Assembly: GCA_051294375.1 (NCBI GenBank)
Contig: CM119270.1
Coordinates: 1,710,091-1,774,090 of the forward strand
From: Paraspadella gotoi
Taxonomy: Eukaryota; Animalia; Chaetognatha
Length of the DNA: 64,000 nucleotides
Reading direction: 5' to 3'
Within the stretch, counting starts at the first letter, position 1; each line of letters begins with the position of its first letter. The notes under the pieces were generated by a model, which was not told where the DNA came from, did no database searches, and saw only the letters and a list, made by a program, of their open reading frames with translations. Below, one piece after another: positions 49,154-60,780 of this stretch. The position numbers and the translations under genes were made by a program.

Positions 49154-49592
49154 ACTAACATCGCATCGCGAATTTTAAATTTTATTTCAATTTTATTTTT
49201 TTTTACTATTTTTAATTTTTAAAGGTTATATTTTCTTTCTTCCATTTCTTAAGTTATTATTATTTTTTTCTTTTTTTTTTACTTTAACTTGTGTAAATCT
49301 AGAAGTCCATTTTTTGATCCGAGTTGAAATTTTGCCATTTTTACTTTAATTTTTTTTTAAAGAATTTTTTTAAGCCGATTTCTTTTGTATGAATTAATTT
49401 TTATTTTATTTTATTTTTATTTTTTAAGTTTTTTCTCTTCATTTTACATTTTTCAACTTTTTTTCTTTTCTTTTCTTTTTTTTTTGCTCCGTGGCTCTGA
49501 CGTCATTGCGAACGTGATTTATAAGCCACTAGAATATGGAGAGGGAGAGAAAGATGGAGAGAGAGAAAAAGAAAAATTCTGAGGGAAGGAGG

Positions 49593-49597
<5 letters not shown>

Positions 49598-49688
<91 letters not shown>
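49598..49688. repeat. Pure (GA)n microsatellite
   Basis: Direct reading; the longest uninterrupted of many GA/TC tracts. Confidence 0.97.
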
Positions 49689-49691
<3 letters not shown>

Positions 49692-50401
49692 CGATGATTG
49701 TTATTATGATTATTGTGAACGTGTATCTAAACCCACCCCTTTCAATGATGATGATAATGAAGACACTGATGACGATAATGAAAATGCTGATGACGATGAG
49801 GAAGGATGATGATGATGATAATTACTGGTTGATGATGATGATGCATGATGATCTTGAATGCATGATTATGACGATAATGAAGATGATGAAGCTTTCGTCT
49901 AAATTGCTCATCGTCACATAAAAGGATAAAAACAAAATAACTTAGCTGACGTCATAGAACCGAGACTAAGCCGACAAGAACGTTCGAAAAACAAATATAT
50001 GAAAAATATTAATAATATAACGACAAAAATGACAAAAACCACCATAAAAAATAACTACATAAATTAATAAACAAGTTTGAGCAAATAATTAATAGCGGTA
50101 ATTAAATAATTAATTAATTAATTAATTGATTAATTAATGGACCAACAAAGTTAATCAAAGAGCCGGAATCTGCTATAAGCAGATCCCGCTAAAAATAACA
50201 AGACGGACAAAACCAACAAAAAAACAACAACAACAAGGACGACGACAACAACAACAACAACTACCGATCTTCTTCTTCCAATCAATTTAAGGATTTCGTT
50301 TTATTCTCAGATATTTTGTTTTTTCTTTTTTCTTTTTCTTTTTTTTTTCTTTCTTTTTTTGTTTTCTTCCGTAAATATCGTTTGTCTTTCGACTAATCTT
50401 A

Positions 50402-50439
<38 letters not shown>

Positions 50440-50569
50440 TCTCTCTCTCTTCCTTTTTACCGCGACGAGGACAAAAAACAATAACAATAATTAAATAAAA
50501 AATAAACAAACAAACAAACAAAAGACCTAATTGACAAATTTTAACTAAAAGACGAACCAAACGTGGATT

Positions 50570-50702
50570 AGCAGCGGTGAGCAGCGGTGAGCAGCGATGA
50601 GCAGCGGTGAGCAGCGGTGAGCAGCGGTGAGCAGCGGTGAGCAGCGTTGAGCAGCGGTGAGCAGCGGTGAGCAGCGGTGAGCAGCGGTTAGTAGCGTTGA
50701 GC
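50570..50702. repeat. (GCAGCGGTGA)n 10-mer array, ~13 units
   Basis: Direct reading. Confidence 0.97.
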
Positions 50703-50934
50703 TACACGCCTTCAATTTTTGCTCGCAAAACGTAATCGATTTTTTACGTGCGCCATCGTCGTCGTCGTCGTCGTCGTCGTTGTCATGGACGTCATCGTAG
50801 TCGTCATTATCTTCGTCGTTTTAGTCGTCATCATATTCGTCATTGTCAGACATATCTTCATCAACATTATCGTCAAATGTTGTCATCATCATCGCCGAAA
50901 TCATTATTGTGGATGAGACGTTAGGTTTGCTGCT

Positions 50935-51140
50935 ATCTGCAACTTCTTTAACACCCTTGAGCAGCCATGGAACGGGTCCTGGGCTTGTTACCGGGCTTGA
51001 GGGATATCCAGGCCCCCTAGATGGACTATGGCTGTCCTCATGCACCCGCAGGGTGGGTACAATTGGGGATCAATCCCGGTCATGAGCCACTGTGTCACAA
51101 CTGAAGATGACATGCCTAGAGGTGGGGTGACACACTATAT
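50935..51140 (-). mobile_element. Degenerate S1 element inside a (TCG/TCA)n tract
   Basis: agccatggaacgggtcctgggcttg is shared with 62067-62091; gtcctca, gagccac and gtggggtga blocks are colinear. Confidence 0.7.
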
Positions 51141-52077
51141 TATCATCATAGTCATTCATATTGTCATTGTCATCATTGACATTGTTATCATCCTCAGTGG
51201 TCATCATAGTCATTGTCGCCATCATCATCGTCATTATAATCATTGTCCTTGTTATCGTCATCTTGACGTTATTGTCGTCATCATCGTCTTCGTCGTCATC
51301 GTGGTCGTCGTCGTAATCGTCGTCACCGTCGTCATTATAGTCATCGTCCTCGTCGTCGTCACCATCGTCATCGTTATCGTCGTCGTTGTTATCGTCGTCG
51401 TCGTGGTCGTCGTCCTCGTCGTCGTCATTTAAGTTACCGTCGTTGTTATCGTCGTCGTCATTTACGTCACCGTCGTCGTCGTTATCGTCGTCGTCGTGGT
51501 CGTCGAATTTCGAACGACTTTCCTAAATACTCGTCGTCCTCTTATCTCACGAGAAAACCGATTTAATCGATCCGAGGAAAAGTCGTTATTTTGATGACGG
51601 GATTTTTTTTGACGAGGAATCGAGAAAAGCGAAAGAAAAACCCAAAACAGTGAAAAAAATAGTAAGAAGCAAGAGAGAGAGAGAAAAAAATGTCGCCAAT
51701 AAAAAAGCGAAGAAAAAAAAAAGCAAGAAGAAATATAAAAAGCAAAAACCGGACAAGAAGGCGGAAATAGAAAGAAAATAATCGTGATAAATAAAAGAAG
51801 AAGAGATGATTATTCCACAAAAGCAAACCTCCCTAAAATACTCCTGAAAAAGAAGAAAAAAAAATAAAGATATGTACTTTTTATTTTATTTTCTTTCACT
51901 TTCATTTGCAGTAAAATAGTTGCCGCCGGATTAATTTAATAGCTTTTCTTCTGACCAAGAAACGTATTTTACGATTGCCAATGTGTTTTCTTTTCTTTTA
52001 TTTTCTCTCTCTCTCTCTCTCTCTACTCCTCTGGCTTCTCGTCTCCTCTCTTCCTCTATCCCCCTCTCTCTCTCCTC

Positions 52078-52152
52078 TCTCACACCCAAGAGGCGTGTCC
52101 GGATACATTTTCTCCCAGCGTTTTCGCCAAGTCTCGAACCTTCTCCTCAGCA
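52078..52152 (-). repeat. Isolated copy of the Shal exon-1 3' end repeat unit
   Basis: Reverse complement gagaaggttcgagacttggcgaaaacgctgggagaaaatgtatccggacacgcctcttgggtg is [19 protein letters not shown] with indels. Confidence 0.85.
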
Positions 52153-52939
52153 GCTCTCTCTCTCGCCTCGCTCTCTCTCTCTTTCTCTCCCTCTCTCTCT
52201 CTCTCCTCTCTTCTCTCTTCTTCTCTCTCTTCTTTTCGTCTTCTCTCGTCCTTGCTGCTTATCTTTCCTCGAGATGAGCTCAATCGGTCGAAATTAGGAA
52301 TCAAAAATCCTTGAATTTTAACGAATCTTTGATAGATATTTTATAACGAATCTCTGACGGATTTAACACGTCGAACTTCTTCCATCTACGCANNNNNNNN
52401 NNNNNNNNNNNNNNNNNAAAAAAAAAAAATAATAACAGAAATAATAATTTTCGATTATCAGTTTTTATTAAAATAAATTTCACTTTTAATTCATATTGAA
52501 ATCGCTGTCTACTTACTTAAATGTAATATCTTGTTAAAATCTGTTTCAACGTTACTCAAAGGCGTCTCAAAAATATAAAAAAAACTATCCTTAAAATATG
52601 ATAATAAAAAGTGAATATGACCCTCAATCCCTAACTTATTCAAACGTAAAACGCGTGATAAACCTGCCCTCAAATAAAACCACAATTCATTTCATACATT
52701 TCTATATTAACCTATGTATTCTACTTAATTTTCCCTTTTGTTTTTCAGCACGCGCTAAATCAACAACAACAACAACAACAACATTGCGTGGACAAGAGGT
52801 TTTCTTCTTATTTCGTTCTCTCTCTCTCTCTCCCTAACGAACATTGCTTCAAATAATCGACGCTTTGAAATAAACGCTGGATTAAAGAATAAAAAAAAGA
52901 AAAGAAAAAAATCTTGGAAAAGAAGAAAAAATAAGATTG

Positions 52940-52971
<32 letters not shown>

Positions 52972-53455
52972 TCGTCGTCTTCGTCGTCGTCATCGACGTA
53001 TTTTTCGATCTCCGATCGCCACGTCCTCTCATTCCATCCCTAGCGCCCTCTATATTTCCCTTCCTCTCATCGATATTTTCGAGACTCCCCCTCTCTCTCT
53101 CTCCCTCTCCCTCTTTCTCGATCACGAGCCATGGCGACGACGTCGTCGTCGTCATCGTCGTCATCGACGTCTCCCGGGCGACGACGTCCGAGGTGACACT
53201 TTCGTCCAATGTCCGTCGACGCCTTAACGACGAAAAATGTTTGCTTAGCAACCGGGGGCGTCCATCGTCGTCATCGTCGTCGCCGTCGTCGTCGTTGATT
53301 CGAGAACGACGGGGGAAAAAAGATAGAGAGAGAGAGGTGGGAGAGAAAGCGAGAGGGCGAGAGGGAGACAGAGAGGGAGCGGTCGGAGAAACGCTAGAGA
53401 GAGGGAGTTGGCGGGAGGGAAAACGGGAGAGAGAGAGAGAAAGAATCGCGGAGAC

Positions 53456-53494
<39 letters not shown>

Positions 53495-55542
53495 ATGCGG
53501 GGAGGGAAGGGGGAGACCAAATTTAGAAGGACATTTCGGAAAATGAAAATTAATAAATACGAGAAATAATGTAAAAAAAAACAGGAGAAAACAATATTTT
53601 CAATCTTAAAAAATAGGAGAAAAAAATTGGAACTTCCTGCTTCTTTCGCCTCATCACAACGACGACGACAACAACAAAAACAACACCGAAAATCACAAAA
53701 ACCCCAAAGGAATATAAAATAAGAAGAATTAAGATTTAATTTAAAGGAACAACCAATGTTAAATCATCACTTATCAACCGTTACTTTTAATACATCCCCA
53801 TTAAATGGATGGGTTGCTCCTTTGTTCGATTTCACGTCGCTTCGGATTTTATTTTCGTCGCCTCCTCCCTTTTGTTTTCTCTCTCTCTCCTTTTCAACTC
53901 TTTCTCTCTCTCTGTTCTCGAACCGTTTTTGGCCAGAATTGACGATGCCTCATAACAGGTGAATTAATGAATGAATGAACGAACGAACGAACAAATGAAT
54001 GAGTAAATAAATGAATCAATGAATGAATGAATGAATGAATGAACGAACGAATAAATGAATGAATAAATGAATTAGAAAAATAATTAAAAATATTAATGAA
54101 TAATTTTAAAACAATTTTAATATAAGACAAAAATCGAAGAATAAATGGTTGAATTGAAGGGTAAAATAAGAAAATAGGCAAAAATAGGCATATTTGAATG
54201 ATTTAATGATTAAATGAATGAATAAATGAAAAAAACGAAAGAATAAATGAATTAATGAATGAAGATTTGGACTAATGAGTCACTTTTATATATTAATTCC
54301 CTTTCATTTTTTCTTCTTTTACAGAAAAAAACTGTGATCGATTCTTTAATCCAGATTTTGCCTTCGGCCAAAAAAAAAAAAAAAAAAAGAGTAAGACGGA
54401 CGCGGGACCGGAACGACAACAATCGGATATAAAACAACAACACAAAAAACAAAAACCATTTACGACACATGAAAACCGGTAAAAAATCAACTAAAATTCT
54501 CTTCCAACTGAAAGCGAACACAAAATATTTAGGTGAAACCCAAAAACAAAGGACGTCGAAGGCGAAGTCGAGGGAGAACAACAGCCCAAAACAGCTCTTC
54601 TCTCTCTCTCTCTCTCTTCTCTCTTCTTCTCTCTCTCNNNNNNNNNNNNNNNNNNNNNNNNNNNNNNNNNNNNNNNNNNNNNNNNNNNNNNNNNNNNNNN
54701 NNNNNNNNNNNNNNNNNNNNNNNNNNNNNNNNNNNNNNNNNNNNNNNNNNNNNNNNNNNNNNNNNNNNNNNNNNNNNNNNNNNNNNNNNNNNNNNNNNNN
54801 NNNNNNNNNNNNNNNNNNNNNNNNNNNNNNNNNNNNNNNNNNNNNNNNNNNNNNNNNNNNNNNNNNNNNNNNNNNNNNNNNNNNNNNNNNNNNNNNNNNN
54901 NNNNNNNNNNNNNNNNNNNNNNNNNNNNNNNNNNNNNNNNNNNNNNNNNNNNNNNNNNNNNNNNNNNNNNNNNNNNNNNNNNNNNNNNNNNNNNNNNNNN
55001 NNNNNNNNNNNNNNNNNNNNNNNNNNNNNNNNNNNNNNNNNNNNNNNNNNNNNNNNNNNNNNNNNNNNNNNNNNNNNNNNNNNNNNNNNNNNNNNNNNNN
55101 NNNNNNNNNNNNNNNNNNNNNNNNNNNNNNNNNNNNNNNNNNNNNNNNNNNNNNNNNNNNNNNNNNNNNNNNNNNNNNNNNNNNNNNNNNNNNNNNNNNN
55201 NNNNNNNNNNNNNNNNNNNNNNNNNNNNNNNNNNNNNNNNNNNNNNNNNNNNNNNNNNNNNNNNNNNNNNNNNNNNNNNNNNNNNNNNNNNNNNNNNNNN
55301 NNNNNNNNNNNNNNNNNNNNNNNNNNNNNNNNNNNNNNNNNNNNNNNNNNNNNNNNNNNNNNNNNNNNNNNNNNNNNNNNNNNNNNNNNNNNNNNNNNNN
55401 NNNNNNNNNNNNNNNNNNNNNNNNNNNNNNNNNNNNNNNNNNNNNNNNNNNNNNNNNNNNNNNNNNNNNNNNNNNNNNNNNNNNNNNNNNNNNNNNNNNN
55501 NNNNNNNNNNNNNNNNNNNNNNNNNNNNNNNNNNNNNNNNNN

Positions 55543-55631
55543 GAAGGATGAAAAACTCTCGATCAACGTCTCAGGGAGAAGGTTCGAGACTTGGCGAAAC
55601 ACGCTGGAGAAGTATCCGGACACGCTCTTGG
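55543..55631 (+). CDS. Shal: Kv4/Shal potassium channel, exon 1 3' part (5' part lies in an N gap)
   Basis: [30 protein letters not shown] is the start of the Kv4 T1 domain; phase-1 donor g|gtgaga. Confidence 0.93.
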
Positions 55632-55691
55632 GTGAGAGAGGGGGAGAGAGAGGGGGAGAGAGAGAGNNNNNNNNNNNNNNNNNNNNNNNNN

Positions 55692-56110
55692 TCCCCAATC
55701 TCTCTCTCCCCTCTCACCCAAGAGCGTGTCGGATATTCTCCAGCGTGTTTCGCCAAGTCTCGAACCTTCTCCTCAGCCGCTCTCTCCCATTCCCTCTCTG
55801 TCTCTCTCTCTCTTTTCTCTCTCTCTCCCCCTCTCTGCTCCCCTCTCTACCGAAGAGCGATTCCGGATACTTCTCCAGCGTGTTTCGCCCAGTCTCGACC
55901 TTCTCCTGAGCCGCCTCTCCCATTCCCTTCTGTCTCTTCTCTCTCTCTCTCTCACCCTCTCTCTCCCCCTCTCTACCGCAAGCGTGTCCCGAATACTTCT
56001 TCAGCGTGTTCGCCAAGTCTCGAACCTTCTCCGCTGAGCCGCCTCTCCCAGTTCCCTCTCGTCTCTCGTCTCTCTCTCTTTCTCTCTCCCCTTCTCTCTC
56101 CCCTCTCTCA
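55692..56110 (-). repeat. Three ~130 bp tandem units made of the exon-1 3' end, splice donor and GA tract
   Basis: Units near 55713-55790, 55845-55925 and 55972-56056 each contain the [18 protein letters not shown] coding sequence with errors. Confidence 0.9.
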
Positions 56111-56111
56111 C

Positions 56112-56314
56112 CCAAGAGCGTGGTCCGGATACTTCTGCCAGCGTGTTCGCCAAGTCTCGAACCTTCTCCCTGAGACGTTGATCGAGAGTTTTTTCCACTT
56201 CTTGCCGTCCGGTATTGCGAGGCCGGCGGCGGCATGGGGCTCGTTGAGAGGGCGACCCACTCGCGTGGCGCGCCGCCGCGAGTCAAAGGGCAGCCAGGCC
56301 GCAACGGAGGCCAT
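56112..56314 (-). CDS. Shal: Complete but inverted, indel-containing Shal exon 1
   Basis: MASVAAWLPF (Kv4 N-terminus) ... PMPPPASQYRTARS ... [15 protein letters not shown] across three frames, ending in g|gtgag. Confidence 0.88.
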
Positions 56315-56512
56315 GATTGGCCGAGGGGCGATGGGGAGGAGGAGGGAGGAGGAGGGGAAGAGGAGGAGAGGGAGGCAGAAGAAGAGAAGTCGTCGTCGTT
56401 GTTGTTGTTGTTCGGGTTTTGAATTTCTCTTTGGTTTTTTTTTAATTGGTTATTGAAGGAGTGATGAAGCGGAAAGGGCCAGGGGGGAGAGTAGTGCAGA
56501 GAGAGAGAGTGG

Positions 56513-56552
<40 letters not shown>

Positions 56553-56605
56553 AGAGAGAGGAGAGAGAGAGACGAGAAGAGAGAGAATGAGTTAAACTTG
56601 GAAGA

Positions 56606-56639
<34 letters not shown>

Positions 56640-57447
56640 TAAAAGAAAAGAAACACATTGGCAATCGTAAAATAACGTTCTTGGTCAGAGAAAAGCTATT
56701 AAATTAATCCCGCGCAACTATTTTACTGCAAATTGAAAAGTAAAGAAAATAAAATAAAAAGTACATATCTTATTTTTTTTTCTTTTTTCAGGAGGTATTT
56801 TAGGTGAGGTTTTCTGTTTTGTGGAATAATCGACTAAATAAATTTAAAAGCAGTTGAGAATTTAGCTTTTTTAAATAATTAAGGAAAGTTTGTCATTGAG
56901 ATTAAAAAAAGTCGACTAATAATATATACAATTCATATATCTCAGTCTCAACTGTTAATCAAAATCTAAAAATAAAATGAAGTCATTGTTTGCTCGGGCA
57001 ATGAAATATAAATTCTTAAATCTTAATCGGTGATTAAATCTTTTTTTTTTTAATAATTTTTTTTAAATAAGAAAAAAAGTGTTTTATTTCGCCTCTTTGC
57101 GCCTTCATCGTTGCACGTGACCCAATTCCAAGTAAAAAAGTAATTCTCACACCCTTTTTTTTCTTTTTTCCCTTTTTTTCTTTTTTTCCCTTTTTTTCTT
57201 TTTTTCCCTTTTTTTCCGACCCCAAATCTTCTTTTCACGCTGATTCGACCTTTAAACGCGGACTTCCCAACCTTTTCTTACCTCTCCTACTTTTTTCTTT
57301 TTTTTCTTTTTTTTCTTTTTTCTTTTATCCCTTTTTCTGTTTTTTTTTCTCTGTTTGTTTCTTTTTTATTTCCTTGTTACTTTGTCTATCTTTCTGTCAC
57401 TTTCTTTTTTTATTTTTTTCTTTCCATTTTTATTTCTTTCCTTCTTA

Positions 57448-57491
<44 letters not shown>

Positions 57492-57639
57492 TTCTTTCTT
57501 TCTTTCTTTCTTTCTTTTTCTTTCTATCTTTCTTTCTTTTCTTTCTTTCAATATTTTGTTTCTTTCCAACCCTTTTCGCATCTCTCCGTCTTCCCCCCCA
57601 TCTCCCCATCTCTCCCCCCCCCACACACACAAAACAAAG

Positions 57640-57848
57640 GCTCCAACAGAAGGAGTTTTCTACGACGAGAGACAAAGGAGTATTTCTTCGATCGTGACCC
57701 GGACATTTTCCGTCACGTCCTCTCCTACTACCGTACGGGAAAACTCCACTACCCTAAACACGAGTGCATATCAGCCTACGACGACGAGTTGGCCTTTTTC
57801 GGGATCATGCCAGATATCATCGGAGATTGCTGCTACGAGGACTACAAA
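57640..57848 (+). CDS. Shal: Kv4/Shal exon 2 (T1 domain)
   Basis: aag|g acceptor; [60 protein letters not shown] includes the HX5CX20CC zinc motif; phase-0 GT donor. Confidence 0.96.
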
Positions 57849-57933
57849 GTGATTTGATTTGATCGATTGATTGAATTGATTGGTTTGATTGATTGATTGA
57901 TTGATCGATTGATCGATCGATTGATTGATTGAT

Positions 57934-57964
<31 letters not shown>

Positions 57965-58133
57965 GTTGAACATAAATTTTTGCCAAATGTTGGAATGGAA
58001 ATAAACTTATTTCGTTCGAGTTTAATCAATAGAACTTTATTTATGATTAATTATCATTTGTTATTTTGTATTAAACCTTTTATTTTTCATACAGATCACG
58101 TGATACAATTATGTATAATATCTGGGTTTTTTA

Positions 58134-58177
<44 letters not shown>

Positions 58178-58217
58178 GATTGATATAATTGATTGATCGA
58201 TTAATTCTCATCTCCAG

Positions 58218-58440
58218 GACCGAAAGCGGGAAAACTCCGAACGAATGCAGGAAGACAGACTCTCCGAGAACGGAGAGGGGGGAGGGCCGGACTTGGCCCT
58301 CCGCGAAAGAATGTGGCGAGCTTTCGAAAATCCCCACACGAGCACGGCGGCGCTGGTGTTCTATTACGTCACCGGTTTCTTCATCGCCGTCTCCGTCATG
58401 GCCAACGTAGTCGAGACGATTCCATGTGGAATCATTCCCG
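58218..58440 (+). CDS. Shal: Kv4/Shal exon 3 (T1-S1 linker, S1)
   Basis: ccag| [11 protein letters not shown]...[40 protein letters not shown] |gtgag; 223 nt, phases 0/1 consistent. Confidence 0.97.
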
Positions 58441-58605
58441 GTGAGAGAGGGAGAGAGAGGGAGAGGAAGGCAGGGAGAGAGAGGGAGGAAGGAGGAGCGG
58501 GAGAGAGACGGGAGAGAGAGGGAGGGAAGGAGCGGAGGGGGGAGAGAAGAGGGAGGGAAAAGGAGAGGGAGAGGAAGGGGCGAAGAGAAAGAGAGGAGGG
58601 AAAAA

Positions 58606-58636
<31 letters not shown>

Positions 58637-59706
58637 CGGTAAAAGAGAGAGTAAGAGAAAGAGTAAAAGTAAGAGATGATAGCGGCAGTATAAAAGCTCA
58701 TCACCTTGTGAACATGGAAATGGGAAATAGAAAATGTAAATATATCAACATAAATGTAAAGCCAATTTCAAATTATCAATTTATTCCAATAAATGAGCCT
58801 AATTTTGGACAGGCTATGATGGAAAATGGCCTCCATCTCTCTTAACAAGATAACAACGCAGCAGTATCTCTCCAACGTTCCCAAGTCCATCATTGATGTC
58901 GCTAATGCATTGCAATATCCATCTCAGTCTTTCCATCCGAGATTCTCGTGTCTCGACTCGTAAAAATAACGTCTTTTCTTTTCTTTCGATTTCAACGCTT
59001 AATATCCTTTTCTCGAAATTCCCTTTTTTCCTCCATAAACGAAATCGATGTGTGGATTTGGAAATTGTTTATTCCTTGTTCTCTGTGTTGCTCTTTTTTT
59101 TATTTCTTAGAAATCGTGGTAGTAGATGTGGCGAGTTTTAAGATATAAAGAAATGGATGATAAGGAAATTTAAAAAAAAAGGAAAGTTTGAGACTTTTTT
59201 GATACGAAAATAATGATTTCAATGTCAGAGTGGTGCTTAAAAAATAATACTTGGTCACAAAATAATAATAAAAAATACTTAGTCATAAAACACAACTTGG
59301 TCGAATGTCCTGCCCCTAACTGGTCCTTTAAGACCTCCATCAGTCCATCCATTTGATCTGCAAGATCATAAATATTTTAATGTCATCGTAAGCACAGTTG
59401 GAGTTTAGGTGTGCAGTGAGACATATTTTTTTCCCAAAATATTTCGACATAGTTTCTATGAAAGTGACTCTGTCGACGCGGCAATCTTTTGACCTAATCA
59501 ACTCCCAAACTAACCTAGTTTCCCTATCAACGACATGATATATAACATTTATACGAATTGTGTTACAAGTATTCTATAAAAACCTTTTTTTTCGACTCGC
59601 GACTTTCCCTCCCCCCCCAAAATTCCATCACAATCTCCAACGACATCACTTCCACCTTTTTCTCCGCCCCCCTCCTCCTCCTCCTCCTCCTCCTCCCCTT
59701 AAAAAG

Positions 59707-59893
59707 GAACCAACACGAACCCTCCTTGCGGAGAGCGGTACCAGATAGTCTTCTTCTGTCTGGACACTGCCTGCGTCATGATATTCACCGCCGAATATTT
59801 GCTGCGTCTCTTTGCGGCGCCGGATCGGTGGAAGTTCATGCGCAGCGTCATGAGCGTTATCGATGTCGTCGCCATTCTGCCCTACTACATCAG
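59707..59893 (+). CDS. Shal: Kv4/Shal exon 4 (S2-S3)
   Basis: aag| [61 protein letters not shown] |gtattt; 187 nt, phases 1/2. Confidence 0.97.
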
Positions 59894-60187
59894 GTATTTG
59901 ATGGGGAGGACGATGGGGTTAAATAGTTATTTAACTACGTCGGGTATTTGATGGGGTTTTGATTGGGAGGATGATGGGGTTAAATAGTTATTTAACTACA
60001 TTAGGTTTTTGATGGGGTTTTGATTGGGAGGATGATGCGGTTAAATAGTTATTTAACTACATCAGGTTTTTGATGGGGTTTTGATTGGGAGGATAATGGG
60101 GTTAAATAGTTATTTAACTACATCAGGTTTTTGATGGGGTTTTTTGATAGGGAGGATGATGGGGTTAAATAGTTATTTAACTACATC
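59885..60187. repeat. ~61 bp minisatellite (5 units) beginning at the exon-4 donor
   Basis: Unit ctacatcaggt(a/t)tttgatggggttttgattgggaggatgatggggttaaatagttatttaa, with internal palindrome gttaaata-gt-tatttaac. Confidence 0.95.
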
Positions 60188-60391
60188 AACTACTAAACAT
60201 TTTTGCACGCGGGATTAAATGAAATATATTCATTTCAAAACGATTTAAATTCAATTTAATCCTAAAATAAATACTTAATATAATGAAAATACTAACGGGA
60301 TGAAGTCTTTTTAATATTTTCAAAATGTTGCATTTTATAGGAATAAATCTCTGGTTTTATATTTCTCTTTTCTCTCTCTCTCTCTCTCTCA

Positions 60392-60463
<72 letters not shown>

Positions 60464-60489
60464 GTTCTCTCTCCCCCTCTTTCCCTCAG

Positions 60490-60780
60490 CCTTGCGTTGA
60501 CCGAAGAGAATGACGACCTAAGCGGTGCCTTCGTCACTTTGCGAGTTTTTCGCGTTTTTCGCATTTTCAAATTTTCGCGCCATTCCCAGGGACTCAGGAT
60601 CCTTGGCTACACACTCAAATCGTGCGCCTCGGAACTGGGCTTCTTACTATTCTCCCTGACTATGGCTATCATTATATTTGCTACCGTAATGTATTACGCC
60701 GAAAAGAATGTACCGAATACTAATTTCACGAGTATACCGGCCGCTTTCTGGTACACCATTGTCACTATGACCACTTTGGG
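60490..60780 (+). CDS. Shal: Kv4/Shal exon 5 (S4, S5, pore helix)
   Basis: cag| [56 protein letters not shown]...[12 protein letters not shown] |gtaagt; 291 nt, phases 2/2. The gene continues beyond the window. Confidence 0.98.
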
